Below are positions 1-9,647 of a stretch of 64,000 nucleotides of DNA, piece by piece (within the stretch, counting starts at the first letter, position 1; every line of letters begins with the position of its first letter). The translations under genes and the position numbers were made by a program. The notes beneath the pieces are model-generated. The model was not told the origin of the DNA. It ran no database searches and worked only from the letters and a program-made list of their open reading frames with translations. Source of the DNA: Anaerohalosphaeraceae bacterium (GTDB lineage: Bacteria > Planctomycetota > Phycisphaerae > Sedimentisphaerales > Anaerohalosphaeraceae); contig CAXXSL010000011.1 in NCBI GenBank assembly GCA_963675525.2, positions 288,001-352,000 of the forward strand. The letters are read 5' to 3'.

Positions 1-1398
1 TTCAAATGTCTCGTTGTGCGGTTTCTGCATCATATCCAGCACATGTGGACATGTGTGTTCGGGCGCAACCTTTAAATGACCGCCGACAAAGTGCCCGGCG
101 AGCAGATTAACATACTCAGGACTGTGCAGTGCCAGGTCATGCCGGATGCCCGAGGCGACGAAGATGTGTATCTTTTTCTTCTGCCGCTTCTGCCAGGCGA
201 GTACCTTTCGCAGCAGCGAGACAACCTGCCTGTGCGAGGCGGGCAGTTTCGGACAGGGTTTCGGGAACAGACAACTGTCGCGTTTGCACGTGCCGGCATC
301 GGCGCAGGTCATGCCGTACATGTTCGCGGTCGGACCGCCGATGTCTTCGATGGTGCCGCAAAACTGCGGATGCTGAATGATGCGGTCGAGTTCGCCGATG
401 ATCGACTGCTCACTCCGGCTGGCGATCTGCTTACCCTGATGGAAATAGATCGCACAGAAACTGCATCCGCCAAAACAGCCGCGATGGCTGGTCAGGCTGA
501 ACTGCACCGGCTTCAATGCCGGGATGCCGCCAAGTTTGTCATATTTCGGGTGGCACAGACGCGTAAACGGCTGAGCGTACAGGGTATCAAGCTCCTCGGT
601 CATCAGCGGCGCCGCTGGCGGATTGACGACGATCTGCCCGGGGCCCTGCTCCTGGACCACCGGTTTGCCGGAGGGCCGTGCCTCCTGTTGATACGCTAAT
701 TGAAACGCCATGAACTTTTCGTTGTCGGCCTCCAACTCCTCCCGTCCCGGCAGCTCAACCACCTCGGCCGGAACCGTTACATCCCGAATGACCCGGTAGG
801 CCAGTCCCGGAATGTCGGTCATGTCGTCAATCGTTTTTCCGGCGTCGAACCGGCGGGCGATTTCCAGAATCGTCCGCTCGGCCATGCCATGTACCAGCAA
901 ATCGGCTTTGGCATCGGCCAGCACGGAACGCTTGAGCTTGTCTTCGATATAGTCGTAATGCACCAGTCGCCGCAGCGACGCTTCCAACCCGCCCAATACG
1001 ATCGGCACGCCCTTGTAAGCTTCTCGGGCTCTGGCGGCATAGGCCAGCAGCGGACGGTCCGGCCGCAGGCCCAGCTTGCCGCCGGGACTGTAGAGGTCCT
1101 CTTTGCGTTTGTTGCCCATCGAGGCGTACATGTTCAGGCGGGAGTCGATGCAGCCGGAAGTGATGCCCCAGAACAGACGGGGTTGCCCCAGCGAGCGGAA
1201 CGGATCGACGATTTTCCAGTCCGGCTGGTCGAGAATCGCCACACGATAGCCGTGTGCGGCCAGCCACCGGCCGATCAGCGCAACCCCGAATGACGGATGG
1301 TCCACATAGGCATCGGCCGTGGCAAGGATGATATCCGCCTGGTCCCAGTCCAGCGCAACCATCTCTTGGCGGGTTGTCGGCAAAAAAGCGTTTTTCAT
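1..1398 (-). CDS. ygiQ: YgiQ-family radical SAM protein (3' end runs off the window edge)
   Basis: Manual translation; absent from the ORF track because there is no stop in the window. Starts [13 protein letters not shown]...[18 protein letters not shown], has the radical SAM motif [18 protein letters not shown], and GHLKVAPEH near position 60. Confidence 0.92.
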   Translation of the reverse strand, partial: MKNAFLPTTRQEMVALDWDQADIILATADAYVDHPSFGVALIGRWLAAHGYRVAILDQPDWKIVDPFRSLGQPRLFWGITSGCIDSRLNMYASMGNKRKEDLYSPGGKLGLRPDRPLLAYAARAREAYKGVPIVLGGLEASLRRLVHYDYIEDKLKRSVLADAKADLLVHGMAERTILEIARRFDAGKTIDDMTDIPGLAYRVIRDVTVPAEVVELPGREELEADNEKFMAFQLAYQQEARPSGKPVVQEQGPGQIVVNPPAAPLMTEELDTLYAQPFTRLCHPKYDKLGGIPALKPVQFSLTSHRGCFGGCSFCAIYFHQGKQIASRSEQSIIGELDRIIQHPQFCGTIEDIGGPTANMYGMTCADAGTCKRDSCLFPKPCPKLPASHRQVVSLLRKVLAWQKRQKKKIHIFVASGIRHDLALHSPEYVNLLAGHFVGGHLKVAPEHTCPHVLDMMQKPHNETFE

Positions 1399-1513
1399 AA
1401 AGAAATCGCCGTTCCTGGTTAAAATTGACGGTTGACAAAGTGGATAGTTTACTATACGATTCGCCTTTCGTCGAGTGCAATGCTTTCAGGAATGAAAATA
1501 TTACATAACGCAG

Positions 1514-1541
1514 TGTCATTCCCGCAAAGGCGGGAATCCAG
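1514..1541. repeat. Extragenic palindromic repeat (ATTCCC-N8-GGGAAT core), copy 1
   Basis: TGTCATTCCCGCAAAGGCGGGAATCCAG; a near-identical copy lies at 43396-43423. Confidence 0.75.
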
Positions 1542-1612
1542 CGTAAAAAAGTCCCGCCAAAGGCGGACTCCAAATTTTTAATATTTGCTGTTAGATCTTT
1601 GATATGACAGTC

Positions 1613-1686
1613 GGGCCCGTAGCTCAGTTGGTTAGAGCAATCGACTCATAATCGATTGGTCGCTGGTTCGAGTCCAGCCGGGCCCA
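1613..1686 (+). tRNA. tRNA with CAT anticodon, most likely tRNA-Ile2 (lysidine type); CCA not encoded
   Basis: Cloverleaf GGGCCCG-TAGCTCAGTTGGTTAGAGC-ATCGA CTCATAA TCGAT-TGGTC-GCTGGTTCGAGTCCAGC-CGGGCCC-A. The sequence resembles E. coli ileX rather than initiator or elongator Met tRNAs. Confidence 0.9.
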
Positions 1687-1699
1687 CTTTTCCCTTTTG

Positions 1700-1938
1700 A
1701 TGAAATGGGGTAACAATCGCTTCCTAAAGCACCGCTTTTCAAGGTGTTACAATTTTCCCCTTCCATGACTTTTTTACTTTCTCCAGTGCCAACCGAAGAC
1801 AACCGATTCCTTGAAAAGCCAGTAAGATGTGTAAGTTGGTGTGTAAGCGCATCATCATCTGTTCCGGTTGCCTTTGCCTGTTCTGCTACCATAGCCGAAA
1901 AGTCCGGCAATCCCTGAATCGCCTTTGAAGTCTGCCCC
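1700..1938 (-). pseudogene. Probable C-terminal remnant of a tRNA-targeting tyrosine integrase
   Basis: Reads toward the tRNA 3' end as ...KAIQGLPDFSAMVAEQAKATGTDD..., resembling the LPxL...ATGTD tails I recall from planctomycete island integrases. It is cut off by an IS end at 1939. Confidence 0.4.
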
Positions 1939-2275
1939 TGTACGTCTTCAAGTAATATGAGACACATTAGCATTTTCGTTTAGAGACGATTTTGGCTCCG
2001 TTTCCGTTATTTTACAGTTTTCTTTCTTTCAAGGATTGTTTTGGTTTTCAATTTAGTCCGCTCTTTCAGGATTGCATCCCGTCTGCCGAAGTACACATCA
2101 TCGGGTGTGACATTGCCGACGCCTTCATGATATCGACCGGCGTTATACCAATTAATAAACCGACCGATTTCCTGTTCCAACTGATCGGGCGATTCCCACA
2201 CCTGCAGCAGGATACGTTCTTTCGCCGAGCGATGGAACCGTTCAATCTTGCCATTGGTCTGTTTGTATTGGGAGA
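1939..2275 (-). mobile_element. Truncated IS481/IS3-type element: transposase C-terminus plus one terminal inverted repeat
   Basis: ORF 2007-2300 has [15 protein letters not shown]...[22 protein letters not shown] (rve C-terminal part). The terminal sequence TGTACGTCTTCAAGTAATATGAGACAC starts at 1939 with a TGT end. Confidence 0.8.
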
Positions 2276-2464
2276 TGATTGGGAATTTTAGAAAAAACAA
2301 GGATACCGGGCATTGTGCACCTCCTAATACTGCTATGGATGTTTTTTTTCACATATATTCGAAGTTTTTTTTAGTTTTTCTGTAAATATTCATTTTTCAT
2401 CGTATTTCTCTAAGGAAAGCAATAACGATAGCTTTAATGAAGCTAAACGAATTAAAGGATTTTA

Positions 2465-3013
2465 ATGGCTGTGAATTCTAATAATCAAAATGCTCCGCGT
2501 GATGAACAGTTTTTGCGTCTTTTGATGAGCAATCAAGAAAAAATATATGCATTTATCCTCTCGCTCGTACATAACAGTAACGATGCCGAAGATATTATGC
2601 AAGATGTCACCACTGTAATGTGGCGCAAATACGACACCTTTAAGCCGGGAACAAGTTTCATTGCCTGGGGAATCGCTATTGCACGTATGCTTGTACTCAA
2701 GTTTTTTGAGAAAAATCGACATTCCAAACTGTCATTTTCTCCCAATCTTGAAAAAAAATTGGCTTTGATAGCAACCGAAAAACTCACTTCCGAAAGAGAC
2801 GATCTTTTGGGAAACCTAAAAGACTGCCTAGGAAAACTGGACCCCCGTAATTACGAATTAATTAAAATGCGATATGTCGAAAAAAAACCGACAAAAGTGA
2901 TTGCTGATGAACGAGGTATTGCGCCCCACACCATGTATCGAATCATGGGAAAAATTCATGAAATATTGCATCGCTGTATCCGCCGGTCTGCATCCATTCA
3001 GGGGAGTATGTAA
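2465..3013 (+). CDS. ECF sigma-70 factor (planctomycete/verrucomicrobial type)
   Basis: IYAFILSLVHNSNDAEDIMQDV..W.KYDTF..GTSFIAWGIAIAR (region 2) plus a C-terminal HTH; overlaps the FecR start (TAATG). Confidence 0.93.
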   Translation: MAVNSNNQNAPRDEQFLRLLMSNQEKIYAFILSLVHNSNDAEDIMQDVTTVMWRKYDTFKPGTSFIAWGIAIARMLVLKFFEKNRHSKLSFSPNLEKKLALIATEKLTSERDDLLGNLKDCLGKLDPRNYELIKMRYVEKKPTKVIADERGIAPHTMYRIMGKIHEILHRCIRRSASIQGSM

Positions 3014-4680
3014 TGGGATATTCAGCGGGTAAAAGTGAGTTGTATAGTTTGGTGCTTCAGTCAATCGAAGGACGAATTTCAGAAAGTGACTTTGTCCGAC
3101 TGGAAAAATATTTGCAGGAAAGTTCAGAATACCGTGAGATTTATTCGGATCTGAATATTATGTACGCTTATTTGAGAAGGCCTGCATTGACTTTTAGTAT
3201 TGATTTTGATGCAGAACAATATCCTACATTTGACACTGATTTTTGGAAAGAACTTGCTGAAGATGAAAAAACAGCTCCCGAAATTGAGATATCTCAAGAA
3301 AAGAGTCGACGAGAGTTGATCCAAAAGGTTGTCTATCCCCCGCGGGAGAAGCTAAAAGTGAGTAAGTTCAGTATTGCCTTTCTGGCCATGAACGCCGCGG
3401 CCATACTTTTTATCGCACTGTTTTTAAAGTTTGTACCTTCTACACACAGTGTCGAGGTTGCGACTTTATCCGATAGCATCAATGCCAAATGGGCCGACAT
3501 TGATGCTTCCATGCAAAAAGGCACTCGATTAACTAAGAACAGCAACAAACTGATGCTTAGAGAAGGTCTGGTGGAGCTAAGCTTCGACAATCACGCGAAG
3601 ACCGTCATTGAAGCGCCTGCAGAATTCCAAATTCTTGCGGACGACCGGATTGGCCTTAATTACGGCAAAGTGTATGCGACAGTCCCGAAAGAAGCGATCG
3701 GTTTTTCTGTTTATACTCCGACCGCCAGGATCATTGATCTGGGGACCGAATTTGGGGTACAGGCGGAAGCGGACGGGGACACGCAATTGTATGTCCTGAA
3801 GGGCAAAACATCGCTTATTGCCGGGGACGAATCCCACAGGACCAGCATAGAAGTTACAGAAAACACCGCCAAGCGGGTGTCTGGTGTGGCACAGACAATT
3901 TCTGACATTCCTTGTAATTCGCGTTTGTTTATCCGGGAGATCGATTCCCATGAACAAGTCGCTTGGAGAGGCGAGAATATGGAACTGGCAAGCATCATTG
4001 CCGGAGGGAATGGATTTGACCCAGTCTTTAATGAGCGAACATTGAATCCCAACACGGGCGACTATGAGCAAAAGCCGCTGGTATCTAGCGCATATCCTAC
4101 GAATTCTTCTTACAATCGGGTTTCGGGTAACGTGTTTATCGATGGCGTATTTGTCCCTGATGGAAGCAATGGACCCGTGACGATTACTTCTCAAGGGCAT
4201 CATTTCGATTGTCCGGCAACCTCGGGGAATTTCAACCGTAATATCGCGGTATTTTATAAATCGTCCGATAAGGTTTCTTCAGATATGCAGCCGGCGCTCT
4301 TCGACGGAGTGGTTCATGGTTCACAGGAGCGGCCATGTGTACTGCTTCACAGCAATGTGGGTATTACGATCAATCTGGATCGTATCCGCCAGGCATATCC
4401 CGGCCGGAAGATAGAACAATTACAGACCAGATACGGTTTGACATGGGCAGAAAAAAATGGCAAGGCCGATTTTTTCATTCTGGTGGATGGAGTACTGAAA
4501 CATGAGGACAAGGCTTTGGCAAGTCAGGAAAATTCGCAGTCTGCAACCGTAACGTTAGAGCCTGATGCACGTTTTCTGACATTTGTTGTTACCGATGATC
4601 AGAAATCTTCAAGGTCGTCGGATATGGCTTATGAGTTTGACTTTTTCTACTTATTAGAACCCCAATTGGTTCTTCGATAG
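3013..4680 (+). CDS. FecR-domain anti-sigma/sensor with C-terminal NPCBM-like domain
   Basis: One TM segment, LREGLVELSF..IEAPAEF and IIDLGTEFGV (FecR-like); C-terminal ADFFILVDG...FLTFVVTD. Confidence 0.85.
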   Translation: MGYSAGKSELYSLVLQSIEGRISESDFVRLEKYLQESSEYREIYSDLNIMYAYLRRPALTFSIDFDAEQYPTFDTDFWKELAEDEKTAPEIEISQEKSRRELIQKVVYPPREKLKVSKFSIAFLAMNAAAILFIALFLKFVPSTHSVEVATLSDSINAKWADIDASMQKGTRLTKNSNKLMLREGLVELSFDNHAKTVIEAPAEFQILADDRIGLNYGKVYATVPKEAIGFSVYTPTARIIDLGTEFGVQAEADGDTQLYVLKGKTSLIAGDESHRTSIEVTENTAKRVSGVAQTISDIPCNSRLFIREIDSHEQVAWRGENMELASIIAGGNGFDPVFNERTLNPNTGDYEQKPLVSSAYPTNSSYNRVSGNVFIDGVFVPDGSNGPVTITSQGHHFDCPATSGNFNRNIAVFYKSSDKVSSDMQPALFDGVVHGSQERPCVLLHSNVGITINLDRIRQAYPGRKIEQLQTRYGLTWAEKNGKADFFILVDGVLKHEDKALASQENSQSATVTLEPDARFLTFVVTDDQKSSRSSDMAYEFDFFYLLEPQLVLR

Positions 4681-5121
4681 AAACCGGTTCTGGTGTTGGA
4701 ATAGAATAAAGTTGTATCGTTTCTTTGAAATCTGAATAATCGACTTCAAAAAGTGTGATTGAACGTGATGAAATAAAAGGGTGAGCCGATCATAAGTTTT
4801 AGCGGACTCCGATCGGCCCACCTGTTCGAGTTCCGGGCTTTTTGCGCGCCCTGACGGAACCTAAACATGTCATTATACCCAACAAAACGGATCAGTCAAC
4901 CCGAAAAAAAATACGGGATTTATCCCTTTCTGGGCCCCAGGAAGATGATGGAACAAGATAACAGACACCCTTATGGGCAAAGCGATGCCAGGAAAGGTGG
5001 TCTGGAATTTAACTCATATCGTGAAGTGTGTGATGTGTGTGTAGTTGTAGTGTGTGTAAGTATGTAGTGGTTTGTAGTGTTGTTAATATAATGTAATATT
5101 TTTTTTGTGGAGGATGTAAAG

Positions 5122-5829
5122 ATGAAAAGTAAATTTTTAGTTGTGTTAAGTGTATTGCTGATGGCCGCGTCGAGTTTCGCCGGGACGCTCAATATAACCA
5201 ATGCCGGATTCGAAACGGACACGGCACCTGTGGTTGGCGCGACGGGTTGGACCATCACCTCGACTGTCGATGGCAATGTCGATCGCGATTGGTTCACCAC
5301 GACTGCCGGCGCTCCGGATTCCGCTGTTGACCCCGACGTGGCCGCCGAAGGCGACAACTGGCTTTCCTCGAATCGGTTGGCTGTCGGCTACGGCTCTAGC
5401 AACAACCCCCAGACAATTATACAGTTGATCGATATCTCTGGGGATGCAGCGCTGGTTGATCTGGGAACCGCGACAGTGAAGCTTGACTTCATGTTTGCGG
5501 ACAACGACCCATTGGACGATGCCACAGTCAACATCAGCTTCTTTTCAGATGTTGCCGGTACGACATTGATGATCGGGACCAACCTTACGACCGGGATTAT
5601 CGCGGAGACAGGTGGCGGGTACAACCTACCTGCAAACTGGGTGGCGAACAACCTGTCGGGTGCGGTACCTGCATTAGCCCGTTCGCTCGAGATTGAAATT
5701 GTGAATAATCGCACCGGTGGGTCGGCAGGAAATACCCACTTCGATGACTTTAGCGGGTCTATTGTTCCTGAGCCGGCTACGATGGCGATTCTGGGTCTGG
5801 GTGCATTGCTGATCCGTCGTAAGAAGTAA
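5122..5829 (+). CDS. PEP-CTERM sorting-domain surface protein
   Basis: GGAGG RBS, signal peptide, C-terminal VPEPATMAILGLGALLIRRKK. Confidence 0.93.
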   Translation: MKSKFLVVLSVLLMAASSFAGTLNITNAGFETDTAPVVGATGWTITSTVDGNVDRDWFTTTAGAPDSAVDPDVAAEGDNWLSSNRLAVGYGSSNNPQTIIQLIDISGDAALVDLGTATVKLDFMFADNDPLDDATVNISFFSDVAGTTLMIGTNLTTGIIAETGGGYNLPANWVANNLSGAVPALARSLEIEIVNNRTGGSAGNTHFDDFSGSIVPEPATMAILGLGALLIRRKK

Positions 5830-5920
5830 GCCAAGAAAAGTAAGATAACGCATCACCCTCTGTTTTAAGAGGCAGGGATGTAAAGATTTACTATTTTTTA
5901 CATCCCGGTCAAATGAGAGT

Positions 5921-5959
5921 AACGGGCCGTCATTGCTACTGTGATGGCGGTCCGTTTTA
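5921..5959 (+). terminator. Probable intrinsic terminator after the PEP-CTERM gene
   Basis: AACGGGCCGTCAT...GTGATGGCGGTCCGTTTT hairpin with a short T run. Confidence 0.55.
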
Positions 5960-6098
5960 TGGAACATATAAAAATCGATTTCAATCAGGGATATAACTCT
6001 GAAAACATAATATAAGAAATTTTTATCCGGCGATCGGATATTACAATTATGTATGTATTTTTAATCCATAGATCATTTATTGTTGAAAGGGAATGATT

Positions 6099-8414
6099 AT
6101 GAAAAAGACAGTAGTTTTTATGATGTCCATCGTTCTGATTATGACGGGCGCAGTGAATGCAGCGTTGCCGGTTACCAGTGGTCTGGTGACGCATCTGGAT
6201 GCGGACTCGCTTGGTCTTTCGAATGGTGCTTCGGTTGCCACGTGGACGGACCTGTCCGGCTTGGGCAACCATGCAACACAGGTCACAGCCGGTAATCAGC
6301 CGACGTATGTTGCCCATTCGGCTGCATTTGGAAATCATGCTTCCGTTCGATTTGACGGAACGGATGACTGGATGGATATGGTTGATGCGATCACCGTTAA
6401 CAGCTTTACGGTGTTTATTACGGGCAAACTCAATGATGCCGGTGCCACTACTCAGCAGTATTTTATTTCCGGTCAAAGCGGTAATCCTACGGCTCTTGAC
6501 AACCGTTTTCGAATCGCAAAATACAACTGGTCAACTGCATGGCGTTTCCGTGCCGGAAACTCAGCAGATTACGGGTCGGGCACAGTAGATACGCTTGGAC
6601 ACGTGCTTGCAATGAATAGTGTGTCGAACGCATGGGTTGACGGCTCCGCCGTTACCGGAGCAACCAACAGCGCATCATCAACACCGGCACTGAGTCTGGG
6701 CGGTTACATGCGTACCGGCGGTGCGGATTTTCTCAATGGTGAAATTGCAGAGGTGATTCTGTACAACCGCGTTCTGAACTCTACGGAAATGGAGCAGGTC
6801 TTTTTCTATTTGTCTACTAAGGTGCCTTATGATCCTGTTGTTGATGAAGTAACGCCTACGACGGTTGTATTAAATTGGAAAGCCGCAGCAGATCCGACCG
6901 GCGCCAATGCTGTCAATCCCGATATTGTTGACCAATATGTCTTTATGTCCGATGGCTCCGGGACAGATCCAAACCTGTATTATCTTGGTGCCACGGGAGT
7001 TGACCCCGGCACCGATGATCCAACCTCTCAGTATCCCGGTACAGGCACGGTAACGGTAGCTACCGATTCAACGTATGAGTGGGCAGTTGTGGAAGCGATG
7101 GATGGTAACACCCAAAGCTTGACCCCGGGAGTCAGCAAAATCACCCAGGTGGATCCCAATAATATCATCGGGCCGGTCTGGACCTATGTCTCACAAACAT
7201 CAGTTCCGACTATTTCGCAGCAACCTGAAGATGCCCGTGCTTTTTCTACAGATCCAAACGCTGTGTTTATTTGTGAGTTTTCCAGCGTCGAATCGGCAAC
7301 GGTTCTTTGGTACAAGAGCGGTAACGCGACGCCATTGTCCACAGGCGGCGATATTGTGATCACCCTAACCGATGACGGAAACGACAATTACATATCGACT
7401 TTAGAAATCTTTACGCCTGTATTAGCCGATGAGGGCGAGTACTATTGTGAGATTGACAATGGAACGCCGCTGGTGACCTCTGATACCGCGGCTCTGATTA
7501 TCAAACGACTGATGGCGCAGTATGACTTTGACGGCGACCTTGCCCCTGCCACAGGCAGTGCGGCAGATGCTCCGACGGGGACGGCCTTGGATACACAGGG
7601 TGACCCCAATTCACTGCTGGCAGTACCGGCAATGATCAACTATGTAAACGGTGCTGACTATGCCATAACTGGCGGCCAATCACTTTATCTGGACCCCAAC
7701 GAGTATGTTGATTTCGGCGTTGAGGGGTATCCCAAGGCCTACCCGGTTACCTCGAATGGTTACGGCGGCGGCCTGGACGAAGGTACAATCGTCTTCTGGG
7801 TCAAACCGGATGTGGACAAGTACCAGATCGTTCTGGGCAACTTTAACGATACCACGACTGGAACCGGCTTTTTGTCTGCCCTTCAGGCTGATGGGGACAA
7901 CGATCTTCTCGTCCGGAATGCAGCGGTCTATCTTGCTAATCACGTTGCAGGCCGCCCGGATCGTCCGGAATATGATTTGACCGACACAGCGTGGCACATG
8001 ATAGCCGCATGCTGGAGCGGTAACAACTCAAGGCTCTTTGTAGACGGTCAATCGGTTGGCAGCTTCACCGGCACCACACCGGCATCGTACGACGCATGGC
8101 AGCGTGGTGTTCTGCTGGGTTCAAGCCGTCAGGGTGCTCGTCATTTGCTGAGCGATATGTTTGGCGGCGGTGCAATTGACAACCTGAGAATTTACAACTA
8201 TCGAATCGATAACGGTGATGCTGTACTTGACATCGATGCATTTGCACAGGAATACTATGATAACACAGGTATCCTTCCGTGCACAGACACGCTCTTCTGG
8301 GGCGGTGCGGCCAACCTTGATAATACGGGCTCATCGTACTGTAAGATCGATTTGGCAGACTTTGCCGAGTTCGCCTTACGATGGTTAACAAATGGTTTGT
8401 ATCCTCAAGATTAA
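6099..8414 (+). CDS. Secreted multidomain LamG-like/Ig protein with C-terminal dockerin-like motif
   Basis: Signal peptide; N-terminal LamG-like module (GEIAEVILYNRVL); Ig domain (DEGEYYC); second LamG (TIVFWVK...WHMIAACW...IDNLRIYNY); C-terminal CKIDLADFAEFALRWL. Confidence 0.8.
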   Translation: MKKTVVFMMSIVLIMTGAVNAALPVTSGLVTHLDADSLGLSNGASVATWTDLSGLGNHATQVTAGNQPTYVAHSAAFGNHASVRFDGTDDWMDMVDAITVNSFTVFITGKLNDAGATTQQYFISGQSGNPTALDNRFRIAKYNWSTAWRFRAGNSADYGSGTVDTLGHVLAMNSVSNAWVDGSAVTGATNSASSTPALSLGGYMRTGGADFLNGEIAEVILYNRVLNSTEMEQVFFYLSTKVPYDPVVDEVTPTTVVLNWKAAADPTGANAVNPDIVDQYVFMSDGSGTDPNLYYLGATGVDPGTDDPTSQYPGTGTVTVATDSTYEWAVVEAMDGNTQSLTPGVSKITQVDPNNIIGPVWTYVSQTSVPTISQQPEDARAFSTDPNAVFICEFSSVESATVLWYKSGNATPLSTGGDIVITLTDDGNDNYISTLEIFTPVLADEGEYYCEIDNGTPLVTSDTAALIIKRLMAQYDFDGDLAPATGSAADAPTGTALDTQGDPNSLLAVPAMINYVNGADYAITGGQSLYLDPNEYVDFGVEGYPKAYPVTSNGYGGGLDEGTIVFWVKPDVDKYQIVLGNFNDTTTGTGFLSALQADGDNDLLVRNAAVYLANHVAGRPDRPEYDLTDTAWHMIAACWSGNNSRLFVDGQSVGSFTGTTPASYDAWQRGVLLGSSRQGARHLLSDMFGGGAIDNLRIYNYRIDNGDAVLDIDAFAQEYYDNTGILPCTDTLFWGGAANLDNTGSSYCKIDLADFAEFALRWLTNGLYPQD

Positions 8415-8428
8415 AACGTATTTGATAG

Positions 8429-8478
8429 AGGGTCAGTAGAGAACCAGGCGGTGTTTACACCGCCTGGTTTTTGACCCT
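8429..8478 (+). terminator. Strong hairpin/terminator
   Basis: AACCAGGCGGTG-TTTA-CACCGCCTGGTT-TTT, extended by AGGGTCA/TGACCCT. Confidence 0.75.
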
Positions 8479-8619
8479 GAAAAAGAATCATTAAAAGAGG
8501 TTCTGTCTTAAGGCCTGTTGAATTACCTTTATGTGCGAAGGGTTTGCTGAGTTTTAAGAATATTTATTAAAGAGAATCAACGGAAGCGTTATATCAAACC
8601 GAATTAAAGGGAAAAGCCA

Positions 8620-9504
8620 ATGACACAGGTTGTGAACAAAAGAGGATTTACATTAATCGAATTGCTGGTCGTCATTGCGATTATCGCATTGCTTATGGCG
8701 GTCATCATCCCGAGTTTAGGTCTGGCCAAAAAGAAAGCGGCCTCGATTGTTTGCATGAGCAATACACGGCAGATGTCCCTGGCGTGGTATATGTATCAGG
8801 ATGAGAACGACGGAAAGCTGATGAGTTCGATGATGGAAAATGTTGGCGCCAATAGGGTCTGCAGAGAAGCCTGGATTGGTCAGCCTCATCTGGCAACGGA
8901 TAATACGACTTCTTCTTTAACGATGATTCAAATTTCGCCTCCGGTGACAGATGAAGATGAAATCAGGGGGGCGGAAAAAGGCAAACTGCACTCTTATATG
9001 GAGAACCCCGATGTTTATCATTGCCCGGCCGATAAGCTGCGCAAAGGGCCGGATGGGACCCGATTGTACGTCAGTTATGCGATTCCGATCTGTTTGAATG
9101 GATTCACGAATCCGACCAATGCAGATTATGAGTACCAAGTCAGGAAGTTTGGGCGGATAACCTCGCCCTCAAATAGATATAACTTTGTTGAAAGCGGCGA
9201 AAGTAGCAGAGGGAATTGGACTTATGGAGGCTATTTTATTATGGCGACTCCCAATTTCCACGGGAATGGCAGCTATGGTATGTGGTCGCCATTGGCGATC
9301 AGTCACGGCAACAGTGCCGTGTTTGGATTTGCGGATGGGCATGCTGAGTCTCACAAATGGCATGATGAAGTCGTTTTTGACCATTATTGGGCAACGGAAA
9401 ACACGGGGCCCGGGGGTAACTACGGCATAAATTCGTCGACGGATATCGGAGAAAGCGAAGACTTTGATTGGATGATTCGCGGATGGGCCTATATGGATAA
9501 ATAA
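8620..9504 (+). CDS. Prepilin-type N-terminal cleavage protein with H-X9-DG motif (DUF1559-like)
   Basis: KRGFTLIELLVVIAIIALLMAVIIPSL; C-terminal HGNSAVFGFADGH. Confidence 0.92.
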   Translation: MTQVVNKRGFTLIELLVVIAIIALLMAVIIPSLGLAKKKAASIVCMSNTRQMSLAWYMYQDENDGKLMSSMMENVGANRVCREAWIGQPHLATDNTTSSLTMIQISPPVTDEDEIRGAEKGKLHSYMENPDVYHCPADKLRKGPDGTRLYVSYAIPICLNGFTNPTNADYEYQVRKFGRITSPSNRYNFVESGESSRGNWTYGGYFIMATPNFHGNGSYGMWSPLAISHGNSAVFGFADGHAESHKWHDEVVFDHYWATENTGPGGNYGINSSTDIGESEDFDWMIRGWAYMDK

Positions 9505-9647
9505 AAAAGATAACAGCGTTTGTCAATTTTCCATTTAAGTTTTTCCTGTGTGTATAGCAGTGAAGTGTATCTAAAAAGAAAAAATTTTGGGCGGCCCAGA
9601 AGAGATTGCCTTTTATTTGTATAAATCATATTGATTGGGGGAGTAGA

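Noticed and set aside
72..1573. ORF-track entries 76-699 (+), 700-1293 (+) and 827-1573 (-)
   Set aside because: Antisense or off-frame shadows of ygiQ, which occupies 1-1398 on the minus strand.
1632..1973. 113-aa minus-strand ORF as a real gene
   Set aside because: It starts inside the IS end and runs antisense through the tRNA; only the middle part looks like an integrase-tail relic.
4822..4838. CTGTTCGAGTTCCGGGC as an att duplication of the tRNA 3' end
   Set aside because: Only loose similarity to CTGGTTCGAGTCCAGCCGGGC; better explained as part of a local hairpin.
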